Source of the DNA: a virus
Lineage: Duplodnaviria; Heunggongvirae; Uroviricota; Caudoviricetes
Virus record (IMG/VR): IMGVR_UViG_2537561692_000010
Strand: one strand, 5' to 3'
DNA length: 30,989 bases
Shown: positions 1 through 9,818 of the stretch, one piece after another
Numbering within the stretch: position 1 is the first letter of the stretch
Layout of the letters: each line of letters opens with the position of its first letter
Notes under the pieces: model-generated
Databases searched by the model: none
Told to the model about the DNA's origin: nothing
Seen by the model: the letters and a program-made list of their open reading frames with translations, nothing else
Translations under genes and position numbers: made by a program

Positions 1-404
<404 letters not shown>

Positions 405-564
405 TTGGCAGGCTGAGTAACTTAAAACTCCTTAGAATATAGGATGATTTGTATCGGCACTCATTCCACCATGCATTCCGATTAATCCCGCATAGCCAGT
501 TGAACTTTGCTACTCTGTGAGAGGTAGTACCTTCTATCCAGTGCGGATTTAATTAATGGAATAA

Positions 565-2568
565 ATGATTATGAGTGAAAATGATACAACCCCAAAGAAG
601 TCTACAAGCCAGGTTAACAAAGCGGTATTCTTTACATCTGCTTTGCTAATTTTCCTTCTTGTCGCCTTTGCCGCCGTATTCCCGGATGTCGCCGACAAAA
701 ATTTTAAACTACTTCAGCAACAAATCTTCACGAATGCCAGCTGGTTCTACATACTTGCTGTGGCCCTGATTTTACTGAGCGTCACGTTCCTTGGACTCTC
801 ACGTTACGGTGATATAAAGCTGGGCCCAGACCATGCGCAGCCTGATTTCAGCTACCACTCCTGGTTCGCGATGCTTTTTTCGGCAGGGATGGGGATCGGC
901 CTGATGTTCTTTGGCGTTGCCGAACCTGTGATGCATTATCTTTCGCCACCTGTCGGCACTCCAGAGACCGTTGCGGCAGCGAAGGAAGCCATGCGCCTGA
1001 CGTTCTTCCACTGGGGTCTGCACGCATGGGCAATTTATGCCATCGTGGCGCTGATTCTGGCCTTTTTCAGTTACCGTCACGGTCTGCCTTTAACGCTGCG
1101 TTCTGCGCTCTATCCCATTATCGGCGATCGCATTTACGGGCCTATAGGCCACGCGGTTGATATCTTCGCCGTGATAGGCACTGTCTTTGGCGTTGCAACA
1201 TCGCTGGGTTACGGTGTATTGCAGGTGAATGCCGGTTTGAACCATCTTTTCGGCGTGCCCATCAATGAAACGGTACAGGTCATTTTGATCGTGGTCATCA
1301 CGGGGTTAGCGACGATTTCGGTGGTGTCCGGCCTGGACAAGGGAATACGCATCCTGTCTGAGCTTAATCTGGGCCTGGCGGTGTTGCTCCTGGCGCTGGT
1401 CTTGTGCCTGGGTCCCACTGTGCTTCTGCTGAAGTCATTTGTGGAAAATACGGGTGGTTATCTGTCGGAACTGGTGAGTAAAACGTTCAACCTTTACGCG
1501 TATGAACCCAAGTCGAGCAACTGGCTGGGGGGCTGGACATTATTATACTGGGGATGGTGGCTTTCATGGTCGCCGTTTGTAGGTATGTTCATTGCACGCG
1601 TTTCCCGCGGCAGGACAATTCGTGAGTTCGTGACTGGCGTGTTGTTTGTTCCCGCCGGCTTTACGCTCATGTGGATGACGGTGTTTGGAAACAGCGCCAT
1701 CTATCTCATCATGAACCAGGGCGCCACTGACCTCGCCAATACCGTTCAGCAGGATGTTGCGCTTGCCCTGTTTAATTTCCTGGAGCATTTCCCGTTCTCT
1801 TCCGTGCTGTCATTCATTGCAATGGCGATGGTCATCGTCTTCTTTGTAACGTCTGCTGATTCGGGGGCAATGGTTGTGGATACTCTGGCATCAGGTGGGG
1901 TGGCAAACACGCCCGTCTGGCAGCGAATTTTCTGGGCATTGCTCATGGGCGTTGTTGCTATTGCCCTGCTGATCGCAGGGGGGCTGAGTGCGTTGCAAAC
2001 CGTAACGATAGCGAGTGCATTGCCCTTCTCAGTTATCTTATTAATATCCATATACGGACTGTTAAAAGCCCTGCGTCGGGATTTGACCAAGCGTGAAAGC
2101 CTTAGCATGGCGACTATTGCTCCTACGGCTGCACGTAACCCAATTCCCTGGCAGAGAAGGTTACGCAATATCGCGTATTTGCCGAAGCGCTCTCTTGTGA
2201 AACGTTTTATGGACGACATTATCCAACCCGCCATGACGCTGGTTCAGGAGGAACTTAACAAGCAGGGAACGATAAGCCACATCAGTGACGCCGCCGAGGA
2301 TCGTATTCGCCTTGAAGTCGATTTGGGCAACGAGCTGAATTATATATATGAAGTGAGGCTTCGCGGGTATAACTCACCGACCTTCGCGCTCGCTGCGCTG
2401 GATAATGATGAGCAGCAGAGTGAACAACATCGATATTATCGCGCTGAAGTCTATCTCAAAGAGGGCGGCCAAAATTATGATGTAATGGGCTGGAATCAGG
2501 AACAGCTGATTAATGACATACTGGACCAGTACGAAAAACACCTGCACTTCCTGCATCTGGTTCGTTAA
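565..2568 (+). CDS. BCCT-family transporter, BetT-like (choline/betaine/carnitine), 667 aa
   Basis: Multi-TM protein with the BCCT tryptophan signature WTLLYWGWWLSWSPFVGMF and a long cytoplasmic C-terminal tail as in BetT. Recognisably paralogous to, but clearly different from, E. coli BetT as I recall it. Confidence 0.85.
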   Translation: MIMSENDTTPKKSTSQVNKAVFFTSALLIFLLVAFAAVFPDVADKNFKLLQQQIFTNASWFYILAVALILLSVTFLGLSRYGDIKLGPDHAQPDFSYHSWFAMLFSAGMGIGLMFFGVAEPVMHYLSPPVGTPETVAAAKEAMRLTFFHWGLHAWAIYAIVALILAFFSYRHGLPLTLRSALYPIIGDRIYGPIGHAVDIFAVIGTVFGVATSLGYGVLQVNAGLNHLFGVPINETVQVILIVVITGLATISVVSGLDKGIRILSELNLGLAVLLLALVLCLGPTVLLLKSFVENTGGYLSELVSKTFNLYAYEPKSSNWLGGWTLLYWGWWLSWSPFVGMFIARVSRGRTIREFVTGVLFVPAGFTLMWMTVFGNSAIYLIMNQGATDLANTVQQDVALALFNFLEHFPFSSVLSFIAMAMVIVFFVTSADSGAMVVDTLASGGVANTPVWQRIFWALLMGVVAIALLIAGGLSALQTVTIASALPFSVILLISIYGLLKALRRDLTKRESLSMATIAPTAARNPIPWQRRLRNIAYLPKRSLVKRFMDDIIQPAMTLVQEELNKQGTISHISDAAEDRIRLEVDLGNELNYIYEVRLRGYNSPTFALAALDNDEQQSEQHRYYRAEVYLKEGGQNYDVMGWNQEQLINDILDQYEKHLHFLHLVR

Positions 2569-2616
2569 CAGCAACATGCCGCCACAGAGGCGGCATTTAT
2601 TTATCCCGGCTGCAAT

Positions 2617-3909
2617 ATGAGGGAATGCAGAATGATTTCACGCTGGAAATGGATGCTGAAGCAGACATTTAAAAAACTATGGTTCAGGGCAACGTTATTC
2701 GCAATTGTCGCAATAATAACGGCCCTTTTATCAATTCTTTTTAAATCAATGATACCTGAGTCGGTTTCCGTGAAGGTTGGTGCGGAAGCAGTCGATAACA
2801 TTCTGAACATACTGGCATCGAGTATGCTGGCAGTGACCACATTTTCGCTGAGCATCATGGTCACAGCCTACGGTTCAGCCACTACTAATGTGACTCCCAG
2901 AGCTACTCGTTTAGTTGTTGAAGACGTCACCACACAAAATGTACTGGCCACCTTCATCGGTTCTTTTCTCTTCAGTCTGGTAGGGATTATTGCCCTCAAT
3001 ATGGGAGCTTATGGAGAAAGGGGGAGAGTCATTTTATTCATTGTAACACTGGTTGTCATTGCCTTAATCCTCATCACATTGCTTCGCTGGATACAGCATT
3101 TGACCTCTCTGGGGAGGGTTGGTGAGACAACGGCAAAAGTAGAACAGGCGGCCATCGAAACATTTATTGCGAGAGCAAGAAATCCCTGTCTCGGCGGATA
3201 TCCATGGCTTGAGAACAATGAACAGCCGAAAGGAACGGTTGCAGTTTATCCGAAAAAGATTGGCTATGTTGAATATGTTGATATGGTGAAACTCAGCAAG
3301 CTGCTGACCAATGATCCCCGTCATGTATACCTCGTGGCGCAGCCGGGCAGTTTCATACATCCGTCCACGCCAGTTTTGTACCTGAGTCAGGGCCAGGAGT
3401 CATCAATCAGCACCGATTTACTTGAGACGATTATTGTCTCGGATGTACGTTCATTTGCTCAGGACCCCCGATTTTGTCTTAGCGTCATGGCCGAAATAGC
3501 CTGCCGAGCCCTTTCCCCCGCAGTGAACGATCCTGGAACCGCCATTGATGTCATTGGCAGAGGTGTACGTATACTTTCCGCTTACGCGCAGAATAAATCT
3601 GATGAAATAGAAGTGAAATATCCTTCTGTACATGTTGCACCACTTCAGAATAACGATCTACTTGAAGACTTTTTCTCACCTGTTGCGCGCGATGGTGCCA
3701 GTATGAGGGAAATTCAGATAAGGGTCCTTAAAGGACTGTCGATGCTGAGTAAGGGTTGGCCTGGAATTTTTGCTGAAGCCGCACAAACCCTAGCATTTGA
3801 AACATTAGAGCATGCTACTCGTGCTGACCATATAGATTCTGACAGATATCTAATAAAATCAATTTATTATAATTTATTTAGTGGCGAAGATTCTAATAAA
3901 AAACCATAG
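2617..3909 (+). CDS. DUF2254-like membrane protein, 430 aa
   Basis: ORF 26 nt downstream of the transporter stop. N-terminal half has several hydrophobic helices, C-terminal half is soluble. Family assignment is from memory of DUF2254 architecture, not a search. True start may be the internal Met at 2632 (MISRW...). Confidence 0.6.
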   Translation: MRECRMISRWKWMLKQTFKKLWFRATLFAIVAIITALLSILFKSMIPESVSVKVGAEAVDNILNILASSMLAVTTFSLSIMVTAYGSATTNVTPRATRLVVEDVTTQNVLATFIGSFLFSLVGIIALNMGAYGERGRVILFIVTLVVIALILITLLRWIQHLTSLGRVGETTAKVEQAAIETFIARARNPCLGGYPWLENNEQPKGTVAVYPKKIGYVEYVDMVKLSKLLTNDPRHVYLVAQPGSFIHPSTPVLYLSQGQESSISTDLLETIIVSDVRSFAQDPRFCLSVMAEIACRALSPAVNDPGTAIDVIGRGVRILSAYAQNKSDEIEVKYPSVHVAPLQNNDLLEDFFSPVARDGASMREIQIRVLKGLSMLSKGWPGIFAEAAQTLAFETLEHATRADHIDSDRYLIKSIYYNLFSGEDSNKKP

Positions 3910-4191
3910 TTGCGGAGCAAGCGATACGGTTGTTGGCAAGTCAAGGGCAAAGCATTCGCGTGAGAGTGGGCGTCTGCTTTGTGCCAGAAGCGGACATTGC
4001 GGCGTTACGGCACGTTAGGTCAGATATTTAAATGCACATGGTCCGCTTGTGGCGGAAGGATACTTACAAGAGTTGGTGAGAGATAGTAAAATCAATATGA
4101 AAATTAAAATTCGGCAATAATTCCTGATATAGTCATCTTAATGAACATAAAAACTATCACAATAGGATAGTTTTTATGTCATACTTGTTAG

Positions 4192-4887
4192 TTAATCACT
4201 TAAGGAATGAAGTGAGGCTCGTTGTGCAGAGGTTAAGCTAAGGAGGATTTTTTCTCGATACTCAGGTGCAAAGGAAAAGAAAACATCAGGAAAAATTCTT
4301 ATGATAGTTGATATCATAGTCTTAACCACCTTATCAATCACCTTCGAAATATTATCTATTTTAACCAAGTCTATTTCGGGAAAAACATTTAAAGCTTTTA
4401 TGTGAGCCATTTCTTTTACAGTAGCTGTATGTACGTGACTGCATAACGAAGAGTATTCAGCTTTTAAAGTTTCATGTAGTAGAGGATTTTTTTTGAAGAC
4501 AGGATGTTCCCCAGTTTGTTCAATTACCTTAAACAATGATTTTTCTTCAAGTATTGAAGGATCTAGTAAGCAACCGATTGATTTTAAAGAATTTTCAATA
4601 TAACTTCGCATCATTAGATTTGCTGGTTTGTATGCACCATTTATAACCATAAACATAGCTGTACCAAGGTCAGATGAAGCTTCTTGCAATCGCTCCAATG
4701 AGTTGGCGTCTATTTTCTCCTTGGAGAAATGATACAAACAGTAAACAAGGCACATAAAAGAATAATATCTCTTATGTATCATGCTTATTTTCCCTCTTGA
4801 GTTAATATTCTCGAAAACATTTTTTAATTTATATTCAGAGAAATAAGTAACTAACTCAGTGAAATCGCTGTTTACTTCTCTCGACAT
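4192..4887 (-). CDS. Hypothetical protein, 231 aa, third gene of AT-rich three-gene operon
   Basis: Long ORF in an AT-rich stretch. Its start lies 2 nt after the stop of the upstream 168-aa gene. No motif recognised. Confidence 0.7.
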   Translation of the reverse strand: MSREVNSDFTELVTYFSEYKLKNVFENINSRGKISMIHKRYYSFMCLVYCLYHFSKEKIDANSLERLQEASSDLGTAMFMVINGAYKPANLMMRSYIENSLKSIGCLLDPSILEEKSLFKVIEQTGEHPVFKKNPLLHETLKAEYSSLCSHVHTATVKEMAHIKALNVFPEIDLVKIDNISKVIDKVVKTMISTIIRIFPDVFFSFAPEYREKILLSLTSAQRASLHSLSD

Positions 4888-4889
4888 TG

Positions 4890-5396
4890 TTAGTCCTTAT
4901 TGAATATATCTTTTATAACTTCATTCCAGTCATATATCTCATTTTGAGCGCTAGAAAGGTTCTTCCTCTCTTTTATTCTACTCAAAACTAGAGGGTTATT
5001 TGACATTGAATTGATAATATTATAAGCCTTACCTAAATCGGATGAGTTTTTCTCGTGAACGTCACACACGATTATGCCGATCATTTCCTCTCTAGATCTT
5101 TTTTCAGGCCTGCTGATTTCGATACCTAACATGCGTGCAAAATCATCTATATCTTTATTTTTTTGGAAGAGATCTTTGTCTAATAAAATCCTCGGAAGAT
5201 ACCCAACAAGGAAACCTTTAATATCATTTTTTTTGGACTTTGAATTTCTTTCGTTAACTTCTAAATTATCAGTATAACTATCTTGAAGTAATTCAATAAA
5301 GTTGATTCTTGATAATTTTTTTGAAATAAAGGAAAACTCCTCTAAAAAGTTTAACAGTTGCTTAATTTCTTTTGAGTTATTTTTTTTGTCAGTCAT
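4890..5396 (-). CDS. Hypothetical Lys/Asp/Glu-rich protein, 168 aa, middle gene of AT-rich operon
   Basis: Its start codon overlaps the stop of the ParA-like gene (ATGA overlap at 5393-5396), implying translational coupling. No recognisable domain. Confidence 0.7.
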   Translation of the reverse strand: MTDKKNNSKEIKQLLNFLEEFSFISKKLSRINFIELLQDSYTDNLEVNERNSKSKKNDIKGFLVGYLPRILLDKDLFQKNKDIDDFARMLGIEISRPEKRSREEMIGIIVCDVHEKNSSDLGKAYNIINSMSNNPLVLSRIKERKNLSSAQNEIYDWNEVIKDIFNKD

Positions 5397-6223
5397 AAGT
5401 CACCTACTCTAGAGAGAAGTTCGTCAGTAATTTTAGACAGCGAAAACTTCATATCCTCATCCGTTAAATTGTTAATAAATAAGCCTCTTGTTTGATTTCT
5501 TGCCAACTCAGTACGTTTGCTCAAATATGATTTAAAGATCTTATTACGCCAACGTTTTTGATTATTGAAGTAACGAAGACTTTCCTCATATAAATTACTA
5601 TTACCTTCAACCATATTAAAAACTATGCCCGCACATTCAATCTTAAGATCGAAATTTTCTCTCTTCTCATTTATAATGCTATCTAATAGATCGATACCAG
5701 TGATCGAAAGAGGATCGGGTTTGGCTGGAATGAGGTAATAATCAGATGCAATTAATGCGCTGGACATCCAAACTGATGGGGTTGGTGGGGTATCAATTAT
5801 GACATAATCATAGTCATTTTCATGGATTTTAAGAAAGCGTCTAAGCTTGTTTTCTATCCCTTCTCCTGGTTTCATTTCAATTTTATATAGCCCAAGGCTT
5901 CCGGGAACAATGTGAAAATTATCATTTAATTGAATTGGTGTTATATCGGCTAATTCTTTAGGTGTGTTAACTAAAGGACCAGTCATTGTAGATAGTCGAA
6001 TTTTTGAACTATAAAAAATATCACATATGCTATCGCCTCCGCTTTTCATATGTGCAACATATTTGCTTGTATCCATTACACATTGCGTTGCGTTAAATTG
6101 TGGGTCGATATCTATTAATAATATTTTTTGCCCAAGTTTATCTGAAAGATGATTAGCAATATTGGTAGCCAATGTTGACTTACCAACGCCACCTTTCATA
6201 TTGATTAAGCTAATAACTTTCAA
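5393..6223 (-). CDS. ParA/MinD/Soj-family P-loop ATPase, 276 aa
   Basis: Deviant Walker A MKGGVGKST at the N-terminus, followed by the IDIDPQ and VIIDTPP motifs typical of ParA/MinD ATPases. First gene of the minus-strand operon, with an AT-rich promoter region upstream (6224-6460). Confidence 0.85.
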   Translation of the reverse strand: MKVISLINMKGGVGKSTLATNIANHLSDKLGQKILLIDIDPQFNATQCVMDTSKYVAHMKSGGDSICDIFYSSKIRLSTMTGPLVNTPKELADITPIQLNDNFHIVPGSLGLYKIEMKPGEGIENKLRRFLKIHENDYDYVIIDTPPTPSVWMSSALIASDYYLIPAKPDPLSITGIDLLDSIINEKRENFDLKIECAGIVFNMVEGNSNLYEESLRYFNNQKRWRNKIFKSYLSKRTELARNQTRGLFINNLTDEDMKFSLSKITDELLSRVGDL

Positions 6224-6935
6224 TCTTCTTGCTCCTGTTTTGATTAACGCTAAGCTTTTTCATCAGCATTGAAATTTAACATGTGTTTTACAAACTTATG
6301 TCTTATCACTACCTTATCATTTTTTACATACACCATAAATATTTTTAACTAAAAATTTTTGGTTTTCAACCTGAAATCTTTATCTTTAAAAACAAAACAT
6401 TACAATATTTTTAGTAAGATACCTTACCTAATGTAATGTGAATGGCTCAATTTTGATTAACACTTAAGCTATGTTAATAATGGTTTTGTAAGTGTGATGA
6501 GGGTTCCATATGAAGAAGTGATTTCCCGAACAATACAACATGAATATCATCCTCGTAGTCGGTGTTTCTTCACATGAACTCTGTCGCAAATACGCTATAT
6601 GAAACGTGGCAAGATGAATGTACCTGAGGTTATCAATCTTAAACCGCTTGAGAGTACGCCCTGATCCTGCCCGTTGATAAACTAACTGCATTGTTTGTAA
6701 TGCTTCATCGGTGGTGAGAACAAGTTTCATACTTCCGCTTCTCGCTCAAAGCGGACTAGAAGGTTAGCTTGCGTCGGACTTGGCGTATTTAAAGAAGTAC
6801 TGGTGGTGACTGGTTGTTGTGTTCCATTTCTACAGAACAAAATCACAGAAACTATACCCAATAGTTGTATCTCATCAATGATGAGACAGCCTCATATTTA
6901 TCAGGACTGGTGTACGTCCAATACAGGAGGTTGTC

Positions 6936-7025
6936 GTGCTGGTTCTCAAATGTGCGCTGGCTATTGCAGCTGTAATGGCAATTTATTGTCTTGCTGTTGT
7001 TCTTATGGATCGCCTTTCTGATTGA
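6936..7025 (+). CDS. Candidate small hydrophobic peptide, 29 aa (VLVLKCALAIAAVMAIYCLAVVLMDRLSD)
   Basis: GTG start preceded by a canonical AGGAGG at 6925-6930 with 5-nt spacing. Single predicted TM helix. Lies just upstream of hok. Coordinates were hand-counted. Confidence 0.25.
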   Translation: MLVLKCALAIAAVMAIYCLAVVLMDRLSD

Positions 7026-7236
7026 TTTTATATTGGCGAGGTAACGGGAGTTAAGTAGAATGGCTGCGGGTGCTTGAGGCTATCTGTCTCAGGCATGAAC
7101 ACCAAAGGCAGATAGAGAAAAGCCCCAGTTAACATTACGCGTCCTGCAAGACGCTTAACATTAATCTGAGGCTCAATCTATGAACGGCAAATCTAGGTTA
7201 GCCTCTTACGTGCCGAAAGGCAAGGAGAAGCAGGCT

Positions 7237-7392
7237 ATGAAGCAGCAAAAGGCGATGTTAATCGCCCTGATCGTCATCTGTTTAACCGTCATAGTGACGG
7301 CACTGGTAACGAGGAAAGACCTCTGCGAGGTACGAATCCGAACCGGCCAGACGGAGGTCGCTGTCTTCACAGCTTACGAACCTGAGGAGTAA
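7237..7392 (+). CDS. hok: Hok/Gef-family type I toxin, 51 aa (HokD/RelF-like)
   Basis: MKQQKAMLIALIVICLTVIVTALVTRKDLCEVRIRTGQTEVAVFTAYEPEE matches the Hok/Gef family. AAGGAG Shine-Dalgarno 8 nt upstream. The track ORF 7180..7392 is the same frame with an N-terminal extension. Confidence 0.85.
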   Translation: MKQQKAMLIALIVICLTVIVTALVTRKDLCEVRIRTGQTEVAVFTAYEPEE

Positions 7393-7459
7393 GAGACCAG
7401 GCGGGGGAGAATCCCTCGCCACCTCTGATGTGTCAGGCATCCTCAACGCACCCGCACTT

Positions 7460-7487
7460 AACCCGCTTCGGCGGGTTTTGTTTTTTC
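7460..7487 (+). terminator. Rho-independent terminator downstream of hok
   Basis: Hairpin CCCGC-TTCG-GCGGG (7462-7475) followed by a T-run. Confidence 0.6.
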
Positions 7488-7558
7488 CTAGCATTCTGGT
7501 TTACAATTCGCACGCCAGCCTGAACAACTGGCACCTGCTGCGCCAGCAGAGACAACCG

Positions 7559-7837
7559 ATGGCGCACGATACCAAATTACACAATTCTGATGATTCTGCC
7601 GTCTTTGCCAGCAGGCACGGGCGGCGTTCCCGCACTTTCAAATCTGACTGGTTCCAGCATCCCCCATGCACTGAAGAACAGGCCGAGTGGCTAATTCAGT
7701 GCTACCGCAGACACGGATACGAGATTAAGAAAGCCCTCAGCCTCGATTATCGTCACTGGATAATCTCCGTCAGGCTTCCTTACTCCGAACGCCCACCGCG
7801 TCCGTCCCGCACATTCCAGCAACGCATCTGGAGGTAA
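7559..7837 (+). CDS. Hypothetical lambdoid-prophage protein, about 92 aa from the ATG at 7559
   Basis: The track ORF starts at 7430 but that start overlaps the hok terminator hairpin, so I prefer the first downstream ATG. Sits between hok and the DUF968 gene, as the rem gene does in the Qin prophage by my recollection. Start uncertain. Confidence 0.4.
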   Translation: MAHDTKLHNSDDSAVFASRHGRRSRTFKSDWFQHPPCTEEQAEWLIQCYRRHGYEIKKALSLDYRHWIISVRLPYSERPPRPSRTFQQRIWR

Positions 7838-7838
7838 C

Positions 7839-8885
7839 GTGCGGGTATTACTTCGACCTGTTCTGGTACCGGAACTCGGGCTGGTGATCGTTAAGCCGGG
7901 CCGGGAATCCATGCCGGTATTCCACAATACCCGGGTACTGGTGGAGCCGGAACCGAAAAGCATGCGTAATCTGCCGTCCGGGGTCGTTCCTGCCGTTCGC
8001 CAGCCGCTAGTGGAAGACAAAACATTGCTGCCGTTTTTCAGTAACGCACGGGTGATTCGTGCTGCTGGTGGTGCTGGTGCATTGTCTGACTGGCTGTTGC
8101 GCCATATTAAATCCTGCCAGTGGCCTCATGGTGATTACCATCACAGCGAAACCGTCATACATCGTTACGGTGCTGGCGCGATGGTGTTGTGCTGGCACTG
8201 TGACAACCAGTTGCGTGACCAGTCCTCCGAATCACTTGAGCAACTTGCTCACCAAAACCTGTCAGCATGGATGATTGATGTCATGCGCCATGCAATGAAT
8301 GGCACACAGGAGCGGGAATTATCGCTGGCTGAATTATCCTGGTGGGCTGTCTGCAATCAGGTGGCGGACGCACTACCGGAGGTAGTATTACGTCGTTCTC
8401 TGGGGTTACGTGCGGAAAAAATTCGCTCGGTGTACCGCGAAAGCGACATCGTACCGGGAGAGCAGACCGCCACCAGCATACTGAAGCAGCGCACAAAAAA
8501 TCTTGCGCCGCTGCCTCACGCCCACCAGCAAAATCCACCACAGGAAAAGACGGTGGTCAGCATTGCTGTTGATCCGGAGTCTCCGGAATCTTTCATGAAG
8601 CGACCTAAACGTCGCCGTTGGGTAAATGAGAAATATACGCGCTGGGTAAAGACACAGCCGTGTGCGTGTTGTGATAAGCCAGCCGACGATCCCCATCACC
8701 TGATTGGTCATGGTCAGGGCGGAATAGGGACAAAATCCCACGATATTTTCACGCTACCGCTGTGTCGGGAGCATCACAACGAGCTTCATGCGGATCCGCT
8801 GGCGTTCGAAGAAAAGCATGGTTCCCAGATTGATTTAATTTTTCGTTTTCTTGATCGCGCCTTTGCAACCGGCGTGCTCGGGTAA
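7839..8885 (+). CDS. DUF968-family lambdoid phage protein (YdfU-like), 348 aa, with C-terminal Cys/His-rich HNH-like motif
   Basis: Size and position upstream of rusA/Q match the YdfU-type DUF968 protein of lambdoid prophages. C-terminus carries CACCDKPADDPHHLIGH...LCREHHNELH. Confidence 0.7.
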   Translation: MRVLLRPVLVPELGLVIVKPGRESMPVFHNTRVLVEPEPKSMRNLPSGVVPAVRQPLVEDKTLLPFFSNARVIRAAGGAGALSDWLLRHIKSCQWPHGDYHHSETVIHRYGAGAMVLCWHCDNQLRDQSSESLEQLAHQNLSAWMIDVMRHAMNGTQERELSLAELSWWAVCNQVADALPEVVLRRSLGLRAEKIRSVYRESDIVPGEQTATSILKQRTKNLAPLPHAHQQNPPQEKTVVSIAVDPESPESFMKRPKRRRWVNEKYTRWVKTQPCACCDKPADDPHHLIGHGQGGIGTKSHDIFTLPLCREHHNELHADPLAFEEKHGSQIDLIFRFLDRAFATGVLG

Positions 8886-8897
8886 AAGAGGTTACTG

Positions 8898-9269
8898 ATG
8901 CGTATAGAGTTTGTTTTGCCTTACCCGCCGACGGTGAACACCTACTGGCGTCGTCGTGGCAGCACATATTTTGTATCAAAAGCCGGTGAGCGTTATCGCC
9001 GGGATGTGGCACTTATTGTCCGCCAGCAGCGGCTGAAATTAAACCTGTCCGGAAGGCTGGCAATAAAAATTACTGCAGAGCCGCCGGATAAGCGCCGTCG
9101 GGACCTGGACAATATCCTGAAAGCACCGCTGGATGCACTGACGCATGCGGGGCTTCTCATAGACGACGAGCAGTTTGATGAAATCAATATTGTGCGCGGT
9201 AAGCTCGTTCCTGGTGGTCGGCTGGGCGTGAAGATTTGCGAAATTAGAGGTGATAGTAATGGGGCGTGA
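8898..9269 (+). CDS. rusA: RusA Holliday-junction resolvase, 123 aa
   Basis: Translation resembles E. coli RusA, including the RRRDLDN catalytic-region motif and overall length. Canonical nin-region position just upstream of Q. Confidence 0.85.
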   Translation: MRIEFVLPYPPTVNTYWRRRGSTYFVSKAGERYRRDVALIVRQQRLKLNLSGRLAIKITAEPPDKRRRDLDNILKAPLDALTHAGLLIDDEQFDEINIVRGKLVPGGRLGVKICEIRGDSNGA

Positions 9270-9612
9270 TATGTATGAGGTTTTAGACCGCTGGGGGGCA
9301 TGGGCTGCAGCAGAAAATAGTGGTGTCGATTGGCAACCGATAGCAGCGGGCTTCAAGGGGCTTTTACCTCATGGTAAAAAGTCACGGATTCAGTGTGATG
9401 ATGACGAAGGCATTATGATAGACAGTTGTGTGGCTCGGTTGAGAAGGTATAAACCAGAGGAATATGAGCTCATCATAGCCCACTTTGTTATTGGTATCTC
9501 ATTACGCACTATTGCCAAAAAGAGAAGGTGTTCAGATGGCACGATTAGAAAGGAATTACAAACTGCAATTGGTTTTGTAGAGGGTATTACGAGCGTTATT
9601 GCATGTAAATAA
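9259..9612 (+). CDS. Q: Late-gene antitermination protein Q, about 117 aa
   Basis: LDRWGAWAA...IAAGFKGL resembles lambdoid Q antiterminators such as QuuD. Start chosen at the ATG with GAGG 8 nt upstream; the track starts at GTG 9250 and an ATG at 9271 is also possible. Confidence 0.8.
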   Translation: MGRDMYEVLDRWGAWAAAENSGVDWQPIAAGFKGLLPHGKKSRIQCDDDEGIMIDSCVARLRRYKPEEYELIIAHFVIGISLRTIAKKRRCSDGTIRKELQTAIGFVEGITSVIACK

Positions 9613-9616
9613 AAGC

Positions 9617-9640
9617 TAAAAGCCACCGTAGTGGCTTTTA
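9617..9640 (+). terminator. Rho-independent terminator immediately after Q
   Basis: Hairpin AGCCAC-CGTA-GTGGCT (9621-9636) followed by TTT. Confidence 0.55.
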
Positions 9641-9818
9641 GCATTTTAGGATTGTGCAGGTAATGTTTTGTTCAATTTAGTAAAGAAGTTAGATTGGCTT
9701 GTTACAGTACGTCGACTCTTTCCAGAAGTACTCAACTGAAAGAAATCATTGATGCTTTTGGGTTGAGTTCTTTCATAGGCTTGCTTAAGTGACATGTGTT
9801 CCCCTTGTCTATTTGTTG

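Noticed and set aside
1746-2234. 162-aa plus-strand ORF and several minus-strand ORFs (799..1080, 1209..1418, 1564..1788) inside the BCCT transporter gene
   Set aside because: Alternative-frame or antisense ORFs nested in a transporter gene with clear family signature; no independent support.
6397-6440. Short inverted repeat CATTACA...TGTAATG upstream of the ParA-like gene, as a possible operator
   Set aside because: Only 7 nt in an AT-rich region where such matches occur by chance; noted but not supportable as a regulatory site.
6464-6730. 88-aa minus-strand ORF at the junction between the AT-rich island and the prophage
   Set aside because: No recognisable domain, composition changes along its length (it straddles a compositional boundary), and no obvious RBS. 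Could be a gene remnant, but I cannot support a call.
6803-7021. Cys-rich 72-aa ORF (MVTGCC...CSCNGNLLSCCCSYGSPF) that might look like a small toxin or bacteriocin
   Set aside because: Starts at GTG with no ribosome-binding site and overlaps the better-supported 29-aa ORF in another frame. Cys richness is most likely a frame artefact of TG-rich sequence.
7180-7392. 70-aa ORF starting at ATG 7180, as a possible Mok-like overlapping reading frame
   Set aside because: It is simply an in-frame N-terminal extension of hok without an RBS. Mok frames in characterised hok/sok loci overlap hok in a different frame, as I recall.
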